Position numbers and translations under genes: made by a program. Below, piece by piece: positions 7,674 to 16,796 of a stretch of 64,000 bases of DNA (position 1 is its first letter; every line of letters begins with the position of its first letter). The notes under the pieces were generated by a model that had not been told where the DNA came from, made no database searches, and was given only the letters and a program-made list of their open reading frames with translations. Source of the DNA: an uncultured Bacilli bacterium (lineage in GTDB: Bacteria; Bacillota_I; Bacilli_A; RFN20; CAG-826); NCBI GenBank assembly GCA_905236715.1, contig CAJOMQ010000001.1:7211-71210 (forward strand). Reading direction: 5' to 3'.

Positions 7674-9332
7674 ATGGCTATTAACGCAAGTGAATTCCTC
7701 AAAGCTTTAGAAGAAATTGAAGCGCAAAAAGGAATTAGCAAAGAAACAACTCTACAAGCTTTAAAAGAAGCGATGGAAAGAGGCTTCCGCAAACAATTGG
7801 GTGGTGATGATGCCCTCGTCAAAGTGGAAATCGACCCCGAAAAAGGCATTATTGAAATGGCCCAAATCAAAAAAGTGGTCAAAGAAGTGGAAGATGACTT
7901 TTTAGAAATTGGTTTAGAAGAAGCCCAAGAAATTGATCCCAAATATCAAGAAGGTGATGATTTTATCATTCCCGCGAGTGTGGAAGATTTAAAGAAAGCC
8001 ACCGCCTTAAGTGTCAAAAGTGTCTTAAGACAAAAATTTGCCGATGCGGAAAAGGCCATTTTATATGATGCTTTCAAAGACAAAATCAACACCATGATTA
8101 CTGGTAAAGTCGAAAAAGTCGACGAAAGAGGCGCCACTGTTAACATTGGTCGTACATCTGTCTTTTTACCGAGAAATCAAATGATTGGCGATGAAAGATT
8201 CCAAGCTGGTGATTATATCAAACTATTTGTTTCTGATGTCGATGGCGGTAGTAAAGGTGGAGCCCATATCGTGGTTTCCCGTTCCAACGAAGGATTTTTA
8301 AGATGTTTGTTTAATGAAGAAATTCATGAAATATATGATGGCACAATTGTCATTAAAGCCATTGCTCGTGAAGCCGGTGAAAGAAGCAAAGTCGCGGTCT
8401 ATAGTCCCGATCCCAATATTGATCCGGCTGGTGCTTGTATCGGTCCTAATGGTTCCCGTATTCAAAAAATCGTTGGCCAATTAGGTAATGGCCAAGCCAA
8501 AGAAAAGATTGATATCATCGGTTATAGTGAAAACGCTGGCTTATATATCATGGAAGCTTTAAAACCCGCTCGTGTGGTTGGTATTTCTTTTGATGAAGAA
8601 GCTAAAACCGCCACGGCCATTGTTAAAGACGACTCCTTATCTTTAGCGATTGGTAAAAAAGGCGTCAACGCCCGTTTAGCGGTTCGTTTAACTGGTTATA
8701 AGATTGATATCAAAACCGAAACCGAAGCTTATGAAGAAGGCTTTGCATTCCAAAGCTATGAAGAATTAGCGGCGCAAGAAATTGAAAATAAAGAAAGAGC
8801 GATTATGGAAGCGCGCGCTGCGGCTTATGAAAATAATGCACCCAGTGTTTTACCTGGTTTACCAGAAGGCTATGTGGCCCCACAACAAAGAGTATATGAA
8901 GATGAATCTAATGTTGAATTAAACGAAGCCTTAGAAGAAGCCAGCGAAAAAGAAGAAATCGCCGCTCCTGCTAAGGAAGAAAAGGTTTCTATTGAACAAA
9001 AACCAGTTGTCGAAGAAAAAGAAGAAGTGGTGAACGAAGTCAAAGAAGTGAAGACCACAACTTCCTTAGAAGATTTAGAAAAATCTTTAGCCCAAGAAGC
9101 CAACAAACAAAAAGCCAAATCTTCCCAAAAAGGCAACCGCCGCAAAAAGAAAGAGGAAGAAGAGGAAGAAGAAAGTGTTTCTCCTGTGGGAACCACTGGT
9201 CCTCGTATGTCCATCTATACCGAAGAAGAACTTCGTGAAATGGAAGAAGAAGAGGCCCAAGAAGGTCAAGACGAAGAAGAAGATGTCGATTACGACGAAT
9301 ATGACGATTACTACGATGACGATGATCGTTAA
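7674..9332 (+). CDS. nusA: Transcription termination/antitermination factor NusA with a long acidic C-terminal tail
   Basis: NTD, S1 (GKVEKVDERGATVNIG) and KH1/KH2 (GACIGPNGSRIQ, LAIGKKGVNARLA) are recognisable. Residues ~350-552 are E/K/D/Y-rich low complexity. Confidence 0.95.
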   Translation: MAINASEFLKALEEIEAQKGISKETTLQALKEAMERGFRKQLGGDDALVKVEIDPEKGIIEMAQIKKVVKEVEDDFLEIGLEEAQEIDPKYQEGDDFIIPASVEDLKKATALSVKSVLRQKFADAEKAILYDAFKDKINTMITGKVEKVDERGATVNIGRTSVFLPRNQMIGDERFQAGDYIKLFVSDVDGGSKGGAHIVVSRSNEGFLRCLFNEEIHEIYDGTIVIKAIAREAGERSKVAVYSPDPNIDPAGACIGPNGSRIQKIVGQLGNGQAKEKIDIIGYSENAGLYIMEALKPARVVGISFDEEAKTATAIVKDDSLSLAIGKKGVNARLAVRLTGYKIDIKTETEAYEEGFAFQSYEELAAQEIENKERAIMEARAAAYENNAPSVLPGLPEGYVAPQQRVYEDESNVELNEALEEASEKEEIAAPAKEEKVSIEQKPVVEEKEEVVNEVKEVKTTTSLEDLEKSLAQEANKQKAKSSQKGNRRKKKEEEEEEESVSPVGTTGPRMSIYTEEELREMEEEEAQEGQDEEEDVDYDEYDDYYDDDDR

Positions 9333-9372
9333 TATTTAATAATATTAAATTTAGAAGAAGGAAGGTGTTGAT

Positions 9373-11214
9373 ATGGCTAAGAAGAATAAAAATTTTACTA
9401 CTAATCGTGAAACTAATGTTTCCACCAAAGTCAACGTTGATAAGGTGAAAACCAAAGTCAATGGTGGGGTTTTTATCTACACCGGCGCCATCAGTGCGGG
9501 TGAATTAGCTAAATCATTAAACGTTCCTCTTGGTGAAATCATCAAATTCCTTTTTATGCAAGGGAAAATGGTCACCATTAATACTATTCTCGATGATGAA
9601 TTAATCGGCACAGTCTGTTTACAATTTGGTTATGATTTCCAAAAGAAAAACATCGTCGCTGCCGAAAATTTTGAAGAATTAGAAATTAATGACGATCCAA
9701 AAAAATTAAAAGAAAGACCACCCGTTGTCACCATTATGGGTCACGTTGACCATGGTAAAACAACCTTAATTGATGCGATTAGAAATTCGAACCTCGTCGC
9801 TGGTGAAGTCGGTGGTATTAGCCAAGAAATTGGTGCTTATCAAAAAGAAATTAATGGTCATAAAATCACCTTCATCGACACTCCAGGGCATGAAGCTTTT
9901 ACCGCGATGCGTAGTCGTGGAGCCTCTGTCACCGATATTGTCGTATTAGTGGTGGCCGCGGATGATGGTGTGATGCCACAAACAATTGAAGCGATTGACC
10001 ACGCCAAAGCCGCTGGTGTACCAATTATTGTCGCTATCAATAAAATGGATAAACCCGGTGCTGATCCTAGTCGTGTCAAAGAAGAATTATTACAACACGA
10101 TGTCATCGCCGAAGAATATGGTGGTGAAGTCATTTGTGTGGAGATTTCTGCAAAGCAGAAAAAGAATATTGATGGTCTATTAGAAGCCATTATTACAGTA
10201 GCTGAATTAGCGGAATTAAAAGCTAATCCTGACCGTTACGCGATGGGCACTGTCTTAGAGGCGAAATTAGATAAAAACGAAGGACCAAAAGCCACTTTAT
10301 TAATTCAAAACGGAACATTAAAAGAAGGTGACTATTTAGTCGTCGGCACCAGTTATGGTAAAGCCCGTCGTATGACCAATGAATTTAAAAAAGTCTTAAA
10401 TGTGGCCACTCCCTCCACACCGGTGGCGATTATTGGCTTAAGTGAGGTCCCACAGGCTGGTGATCGTTTTATGGCGTTCAGTGAAGAAAGTGAAGCCAAA
10501 GCCATCGCCACGAAACGTAAATTAATCAAAGAATCAAAAGAAAGAAATCAAACTTCTGCCGCCAGTTTAGAAGATTTATTTAATCTTGCCAAAGAAGGAA
10601 AAATGCAAAATATCAATGTCATCATTAAAGCGGATTCTACTGGTTCAGCGGAAGCGGTCAAATCTTCTTTAGAAAAATTATCTAATGATGAAGTAAAAAT
10701 TAATATTGTCAGAGCCACCAGTGGTGCCATCACTGAAAGTGATGTTTTATTAGCTAGTGCTAGTCACGCGATTATTTATGGCTTTAATGTCCGTCCGGAT
10801 GCCAGAACCCGCGCGAAAGCCGAAGAAGAAAAAGTGGAAATCCGTTTGCACCGTATCATCTATGCTTTAATTGAAGAAATTCAAGCGGCGATGAAAGGTA
10901 TGTTAGCCCCCACCTTAGTGGAAAAAGTCACTGGTCAAGCTGATGTTCGTAAATTATTTAAAGTTTCTAAATTGGGAACTATTGCCGGATGTATGGTTGT
11001 GGATGGTTTCATTAAAAACAATTCACCCGCTCGAGTATTAAGAGAAGGTATTGTTATCTATGAAGGCAAATTAGCGTCCCTTCAAAGAGGCAAAGATGCC
11101 GCGAAAGAAGTCAAATCCGGCTTTGAGTGTGGCATTATGGTGGAAAATTTCAACGATTTTAAGGAAGGCGATATCATTGAAGGATATGAAATGGTCGCCC
11201 AAAAGGCGGATTAA
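9373..11214 (+). CDS. infB: Translation initiation factor IF-2
   Basis: GTPase motifs GHVDHGKTT, DTPGH and NKMD, with the conserved C-terminal domains. 613 aa. Confidence 0.97.
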   Translation: MAKKNKNFTTNRETNVSTKVNVDKVKTKVNGGVFIYTGAISAGELAKSLNVPLGEIIKFLFMQGKMVTINTILDDELIGTVCLQFGYDFQKKNIVAAENFEELEINDDPKKLKERPPVVTIMGHVDHGKTTLIDAIRNSNLVAGEVGGISQEIGAYQKEINGHKITFIDTPGHEAFTAMRSRGASVTDIVVLVVAADDGVMPQTIEAIDHAKAAGVPIIVAINKMDKPGADPSRVKEELLQHDVIAEEYGGEVICVEISAKQKKNIDGLLEAIITVAELAELKANPDRYAMGTVLEAKLDKNEGPKATLLIQNGTLKEGDYLVVGTSYGKARRMTNEFKKVLNVATPSTPVAIIGLSEVPQAGDRFMAFSEESEAKAIATKRKLIKESKERNQTSAASLEDLFNLAKEGKMQNINVIIKADSTGSAEAVKSSLEKLSNDEVKINIVRATSGAITESDVLLASASHAIIYGFNVRPDARTRAKAEEEKVEIRLHRIIYALIEEIQAAMKGMLAPTLVEKVTGQADVRKLFKVSKLGTIAGCMVVDGFIKNNSPARVLREGIVIYEGKLASLQRGKDAAKEVKSGFECGIMVENFNDFKEGDIIEGYEMVAQKAD

Positions 11215-11216
11215 TT

Positions 11217-11543
11217 ATGGCCAATAAACAAGAAAGAATCGCGACTTTAATTAGAAAAAATATTGCGGAAATCATCCAGATGGAATTAAAAAATCCCCAT
11301 CTTGGCTTTGTTTCGATTCCCGAAGTAAAAGTCAGTAACGATTTTTCTTATGCGAAAGTATATGTTTCTTTCTTTGATGAAAAGCAAGAAAAAGAAGGAC
11401 TCGCGGTTTTAGAACATTCCAAAGGCTTTATCCGCAGTGAATTAGCCAAACGTATGGATACCCGTCGTTGTCCGGAAATATCATTTGTGTTAGATGAAGG
11501 ATATAAAAGAGAAGAAAGGATCAATCAATTATTAGGGAAATAA
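11217..11543 (+). CDS. rbfA: Ribosome-binding factor A
   Basis: 108 aa, in the conserved position after infB, with a typical RbfA KH-like sequence (VSNDFSYAKVYVS). Confidence 0.9.
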   Translation: MANKQERIATLIRKNIAEIIQMELKNPHLGFVSIPEVKVSNDFSYAKVYVSFFDEKQEKEGLAVLEHSKGFIRSELAKRMDTRRCPEISFVLDEGYKREERINQLLGK

Positions 11544-11544
11544 T

Positions 11545-12663
11545 ATGTTTTTAAATAGCTATATCAAAGAATATGGAAAATATAGCTTTGCCCAACGTCC
11601 CTTTAATGATGTCGACGCCCTTGTCCTTTCGGAAATATCATATTTAAATTTAGACCGCGTTATTAATAAGAAAAACGACGGTTCTTTTGTTATTAAAGAC
11701 ATTGATTTAAGTAATATTGATGAATTAACTGCCCAACAAAGCGACATGAAAAAGAATAAAATCATGCTCCCTTTGTTAATGAAAGCCAAAAGATACAAAG
11801 ATTTAGTCATCAGTGATGTGGAATTCCGCAACGACAATGAGGAAGTTTGTCAATTTTATGCCATAACTATCTTCTTTGAAGATAAGATGTTTCTTTCTTT
11901 CCGTGGCACCGACTTAACTTTAAGGGGTTGGAAAGAAAATTTGGAAATGTCTTATAAAAACATCATACCCGGTCATAATGAGGCTATTAGATATACCAAA
12001 AAGATATTAAAAAAATATGATTTCCCCTTTTATTTAGGCGGTCATTCCAAAGGCGGCAATCTCGCTGTTTATGCTGGCATTAAAATGCCAATTGAACATT
12101 ATTCGCGTTTACAACATATTTATACCTTTGATGGGCCTGGCTTTTTTGATGAAAAATTAGTGAAAAATATCGAAGAATCACCCCTTCATAAAAAAATCAT
12201 CAAATATGTACCGAAAGAATCAGTCGTGGGGATTGTTTTAAAGCACACCAAAACCGCGAAAATTGTCGATGCTGTTTCCGTTGGCGTCTTACAACATGAC
12301 CCCTTTAACTGGAAAATTAATGATGATGGCACTTTTAAATTATTAAAAAGACGCGCAGTTATTTCCTATATCAATGAAAAATCATTAAATAATTGGCTTG
12401 ATAGTTTAAAAACAGAAGATATTTTATTGATGTCTGATATTTTATTTGCCTCTTTTGATGATTTGAGCATTGATTTAATCCAAATCAAAAAGAATTGGTG
12501 GGATACTTTCCATAAAATCCATCAACAATATTTAAAATTAAGTAAAGAAGATAGATATCGTGTGAGAGATATCTGGTTTAAATTAATTAAAAGTAACGCG
12601 AAATCAACAGTCACTTTAATAAAAGAACAAACGAATAAAAACCGCAAAAAGAAATCCAGCTAA
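11545..12663 (+). CDS. Mbeg1-like (DUF2974) alpha/beta-hydrolase, lipase-like
   Basis: A nucleophile elbow GGHSKGGNLA lies in a 372-aa protein. The start is 1 nt after the rbfA stop. The family was assigned from memory of the GHSKGG signature. Confidence 0.6.
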   Translation: MFLNSYIKEYGKYSFAQRPFNDVDALVLSEISYLNLDRVINKKNDGSFVIKDIDLSNIDELTAQQSDMKKNKIMLPLLMKAKRYKDLVISDVEFRNDNEEVCQFYAITIFFEDKMFLSFRGTDLTLRGWKENLEMSYKNIIPGHNEAIRYTKKILKKYDFPFYLGGHSKGGNLAVYAGIKMPIEHYSRLQHIYTFDGPGFFDEKLVKNIEESPLHKKIIKYVPKESVVGIVLKHTKTAKIVDAVSVGVLQHDPFNWKINDDGTFKLLKRRAVISYINEKSLNNWLDSLKTEDILLMSDILFASFDDLSIDLIQIKKNWWDTFHKIHQQYLKLSKEDRYRVRDIWFKLIKSNAKSTVTLIKEQTNKNRKKKSS

Positions 12664-12679
12664 TGCTGGATATTTTTTT
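12654..12679. terminator. Bidirectional intrinsic terminator between convergent genes
   Basis: atccagc-taat-gctggat hairpin with T-runs on both strands. Confidence 0.7.
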
Positions 12680-13859
12680 AATACGCTAAGGAGTCGAGTT
12701 TCTCTACGTGATCAGTTAATTTCTCAATACAGAATTTTCTTCTATTTTCATCTTCTGGATAATATATGAGCGCTCGAGAATAGAATAAGATATAGGCTAA
12801 TGTTTCCACTTTTAATTGGATTTGTGCTTGTTCTTCTTGACTTCTATCTCCATATAATTGTTGGAAAATACCTTGATATAAATTTAAACAAATTTGTTTA
12901 TCTAAATCTAAAAATCTCTTGGTGTTTCCGGGATCGACTTGTTCATATGTCACATAAGTGAGATAAAACGCCACGACATCGAAGATTTCATGTCCTTTAG
13001 ATAAAGTATCCATATCAATGAGAATTGGCTCGTTATTTTGCACTAAAATGTTTTTTACGTGGCAATCCCCATGCACCATGAAGTCCACATCAGGGATCGT
13101 TTCGATTAATTGTTCTAATTTTTCATAAACATTTTCATCGAGATGACCTTTAATAGTTTTCATCCAATCTTTCGTGGCCTCTTTGGCATATGGTAAATCT
13201 TTGGATAAAACCGTAGTGGAATTAATCTTTTTCACTAAATCAGCGTGCATTTTCACATATTCAGCAAATTTATTGGGATTATCTCTAACTAAATCACGTA
13301 AAGATTTCGCTTCTAATAATTCAAAGACAGAACCATAACATTCTTTGCCTTGTTCTTTGACTTTGACGATGTCATAACTAATGGCAGTGGGAATGCCTAA
13401 GATAAAAGCGGTTTTCGCTAATTTTCTTTCTCTTTTCACATCATCAATGGCGCCCCCACGGAAATAGACTTTCACGATTGTGTCAGGAGAAATACGATAA
13501 ACACGGCCATAAAAGCCTTCACCAATGATTGGACAACCTTCAATCGAAACTTCTTTTAAGACTTTTTCGATATCAATGATATCGGTAAAACCAGTCATTT
13601 CAAAAATGTCATAAACTTCGTTTTTGACATCTAAAACACGAATGTTTTCATATAATTGTGATAAACGTAAAACAATTCTTAATCCGACACTAGAAATATA
13701 ATTGAGATTAATCGCGTCGAGCACTAATTTTTGAAAACCATTATTTTCATTAATAATGTTATTGATAGTGTCTTCGACTTGTTGGGCATTAGAAGTATCA
13801 ATTGTCGGTGGTAATTGGATCGTCAATTGTTCATCTTCGTAATTAAATAATAATTCCAT
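12678..13859 (-). CDS. STAS (anti-sigma-factor-antagonist) domain fused to an APH/protein-kinase-like phosphotransferase domain
   Basis: Residues 1-100 look like SpoIIAA/RsbV, with NYISSVGLRIVL carrying candidate phospho-Ser56/57. Residues ~105-393 carry GEGFYGRVY (Gly loop), IVKVY (Lys), HGDCHVKNIL (catalytic loop) and LIDMD (metal-binding Asp). Confidence 0.75.
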   Translation of the reverse strand: MELLFNYEDEQLTIQLPPTIDTSNAQQVEDTINNIINENNGFQKLVLDAINLNYISSVGLRIVLRLSQLYENIRVLDVKNEVYDIFEMTGFTDIIDIEKVLKEVSIEGCPIIGEGFYGRVYRISPDTIVKVYFRGGAIDDVKRERKLAKTAFILGIPTAISYDIVKVKEQGKECYGSVFELLEAKSLRDLVRDNPNKFAEYVKMHADLVKKINSTTVLSKDLPYAKEATKDWMKTIKGHLDENVYEKLEQLIETIPDVDFMVHGDCHVKNILVQNNEPILIDMDTLSKGHEIFDVVAFYLTYVTYEQVDPGNTKRFLDLDKQICLNLYQGIFQQLYGDRSQEEQAQIQLKVETLAYILFYSRALIYYPEDENRRKFCIEKLTDHVEKLDSLAY

Positions 13860-13861
13860 AA

Positions 13862-16750
13862 TTATTTATTTCCCCCATCCTTGTTCTTTAAATATTTTTG
13901 TAAAATTAAGACGTTTTTATTATTTTGATAATAATAATGATATTTATCCATGAAATTTTTCACCATATAAATACCTAATCCACCGATTTTTCGATCTTTT
14001 AGTTCGGTAGTGATATCGGGATCCGCTTTTTCTAACGGATTAAATGGTTCGCCATAATCAGAAATAGTTAACGCTAATTGTTCAGGAGTGATATCTAAAG
14101 AAACATATATTTTTCCTTTTTTCTTCGCGTAAGCATATTTCGCGGAATTAGAGAATATTTCATCATAACAAACTAAGGTTTTATTGATGATTTCTTGGGG
14201 AATATTTTCTTTCTTTAAATCGATTGATAAATCTTCTTTGGCTTTGGCAAAATTAGAAATAACACCATCATATTCATAACGATAGTGACGAGCAAAGCCG
14301 TAATAGGAGAAAGTTAATAAAGTAATATCATCACTTTGTTCATATTCGCCAACAAAATCACGATTATCATTTAGCACATTTTCGCATATCTTTTGTGGAT
14401 CAATAGTGGCCAATTTATTCACATAATCTAATAAGCGTTGTTCTCCATACATGGATGAAGAACTATTTTTCGCTTCCGTGATACCATCGGTATATAAAAG
14501 GATGACATCGCCTGGACTTAATTTAAATAATTGTCTTTGATATGGAGCGCGTGATAAACCACCTAAAACTAAATTTGGAACACTCTTTAAATATTCATAT
14601 TTACCATTATGTTTAATTAGTGGTGGATTATGACCCGCATTAACGTATTCCACAACCCCGGTATCGTAGTGGACCACACCAATCCAACAAGTCACAAACA
14701 TTTTCGCTTCATTATTCGTGCATAATTGCATATTTGTGTGTTTGATAGCTTCTTCCACACTCATACCGGTTTCTAATAAAGATTTAATTAAAGTCTTGGT
14801 GCGCATCATAAATAATGCCGCCGGTATGCCTTTACCAGAAACATCCGCAATAAGGATAACAAAACAATTATTATTTAAGGGGAAATAATCATAGAAATCC
14901 CCACCGACAACTTTTGCCGTCACCATTTCCGCATAAATATCAAAATCGTGGATATCGTAATATGCTTCATTAGGAGGTAAGGCCCCCATTTGAATGGCTT
15001 TCGCGTTTTCCATTTCTTTTTCATTGATGGCTTTTAAGGTCTTCACAGTTTCATTAATAGAGCCATTTAATTCGCCAAAATCTTTGGAATTATGACTATC
15101 TAATACGACATTTAAATTACCTTCAGTAATTTCTTTTAATCCGGTATTCACTTTGTCTAAATCGCGTAAGACATAATGTTGAATGATGCCATATGAAAGC
15201 CAATAAATAATGCCAAAAATAATGAATTGTTCATAAGTAGCAACATAAATGGACATTTCTCTCGCAAAAAGAATTTCGCTATCAAGCATCACCGCGGTGA
15301 TGTAATAAGCTTCTTTTTCTTGTGATAAGAAATGAATTTTATTGATTTCTCCGCCGATTTTTACCGTACCACGATAAACTTTTAGCATTTCCATTTTGCT
15401 GGTATCACCATCATATTGGAAATCGGTTATTTCATGTTCGGTGTCACTGGCTTCCGTCATCGTGACGAGGTTGCCATTAAAATCAGTGACAATAATAAAA
15501 CCATTTTCACCCACGCGTTTATTACGGACCGTTTTTTCAATGGTGTCTTCTAAATTTTTATAGAATAAAGTGCTATTATAACCAACTTGTACAAAACCAC
15601 TGAAAGACAAATCTTTTCCAGCATATTTCATATCGGTTTCATTATCCGCGCCTATTTTCCGATATGCTTGGACATATTCTTCTTCCCCATTAACGAGAAG
15701 ATGATCATAAAATTCTCTCGGTTGGGGACCATTATTTTTCATATCAAATTGTTCATCCACCCAACGGGAATCAGAAGAAATCACAATGATGCCATTTTCA
15801 TCAATGATATTGATTTCGGATACTTCAAAATGCACGCCACCAAATAAATCAGGAGTGATTAGTGATAGTAAATAACTATTATCAATAATTTCACTATTGC
15901 TATTTCTTGTTTCTAAATTTTCGGCGATTTGACGAGTCAAATTTAACAAATTTTCATCCGCTCGATCTTGGACATCGTTAGTCACCTCTACTGCATCATT
16001 AATCAAAGTGTTTTTAGCGTTATTTTCCGCGATTTGGGATTGGATATCAAAAGTAAAGATGAACATGGCTCCATAAGCGAATAATACGGCGCCAAATAAA
16101 GACAATTGTAAAACCGTGGAAATCCGCCAATTATGGCGAGAGACACGAGCCGCTCTCCAATCGTGCGAAAATAATTGAATAAGACCAACACCCAAACCAA
16201 CAGAAATGGCGACACCAATAATCATGGGGTTACCAATTTTACTGACATAACTAAATGCCGTGGTGGTATCGGTCATATTAGTGACAAATATCATCAAAAT
16301 ATGACTAGTTTCTAAGACAGCACCAATTAAAAGACCTTGATACCAAGTTGGTCTTCTTTTTCTAAAGAAAACAAAATGTAACAAACTAGCGGAAGCACCG
16401 GAAATAAAGGTGGAAATACTACACGCTAATTGGGTGTAATATGTTCCTTTCCAGAAAGCGGAAAGGAATCTTTCAAAGCCACCGATAAAGCCTGATATTA
16501 AACCAGCTGGCCAGCCAAAGCATAAACCAGCAATAATCGGTGCGGAATCACGGACATTTAAAACAGCTCCATTACTTTGCACACCAAATTCGGTACATAA
16601 AACAGCAATGATACCAAAACCAACACCAAAAATAATTTGTTTGATCCAATAATTTAATTTATGAAAAGCGGTCTTTTCTAAAAAATAAAAACCAACCGCT
16701 GTAATAGGGGCTAATAAAGCGAATAATCCTAATAATAAATATGGAACCAT
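13862..16750 (-). CDS. Membrane sensor: LytS-like 5TM module + extracytoplasmic domain + HAMP + PP2C/SpoIIE phosphatase + RsbW/SpoIIAB-type GHKL kinase domain
   Basis: Residues 1-195 form a multi-TM region with NVRDSAPIIAGLCFGWPAGLISGFIGGFERF. TM segments lie at ~209-234 and ~505-525 and flank a ~265-aa loop. The PP2C motifs are GGDFYDYF, ADVSGKGIPAALFM, NAGHNPP, LYTDGITEA and SDDITLL (about 14306-14998). The C-terminal domain carries DEIFSNSAKYA, DYGEPFNP and GGLGIYMV (about 13886-14278). Confidence 0.8.
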   Translation of the reverse strand: MVPYLLLGLFALLAPITAVGFYFLEKTAFHKLNYWIKQIIFGVGFGIIAVLCTEFGVQSNGAVLNVRDSAPIIAGLCFGWPAGLISGFIGGFERFLSAFWKGTYYTQLACSISTFISGASASLLHFVFFRKRRPTWYQGLLIGAVLETSHILMIFVTNMTDTTTAFSYVSKIGNPMIIGVAISVGLGVGLIQLFSHDWRAARVSRHNWRISTVLQLSLFGAVLFAYGAMFIFTFDIQSQIAENNAKNTLINDAVEVTNDVQDRADENLLNLTRQIAENLETRNSNSEIIDNSYLLSLITPDLFGGVHFEVSEINIIDENGIIVISSDSRWVDEQFDMKNNGPQPREFYDHLLVNGEEEYVQAYRKIGADNETDMKYAGKDLSFSGFVQVGYNSTLFYKNLEDTIEKTVRNKRVGENGFIIVTDFNGNLVTMTEASDTEHEITDFQYDGDTSKMEMLKVYRGTVKIGGEINKIHFLSQEKEAYYITAVMLDSEILFAREMSIYVATYEQFIIFGIIYWLSYGIIQHYVLRDLDKVNTGLKEITEGNLNVVLDSHNSKDFGELNGSINETVKTLKAINEKEMENAKAIQMGALPPNEAYYDIHDFDIYAEMVTAKVVGGDFYDYFPLNNNCFVILIADVSGKGIPAALFMMRTKTLIKSLLETGMSVEEAIKHTNMQLCTNNEAKMFVTCWIGVVHYDTGVVEYVNAGHNPPLIKHNGKYEYLKSVPNLVLGGLSRAPYQRQLFKLSPGDVILLYTDGITEAKNSSSSMYGEQRLLDYVNKLATIDPQKICENVLNDNRDFVGEYEQSDDITLLTFSYYGFARHYRYEYDGVISNFAKAKEDLSIDLKKENIPQEIINKTLVCYDEIFSNSAKYAYAKKKGKIYVSLDITPEQLALTISDYGEPFNPLEKADPDITTELKDRKIGGLGIYMVKNFMDKYHYYYQNNKNVLILQKYLKNKDGGNK

Positions 16751-16796
16751 GAGTTAATTATAAAACAGTGGTGGATTTTATAAAATCCCTTTTTCT

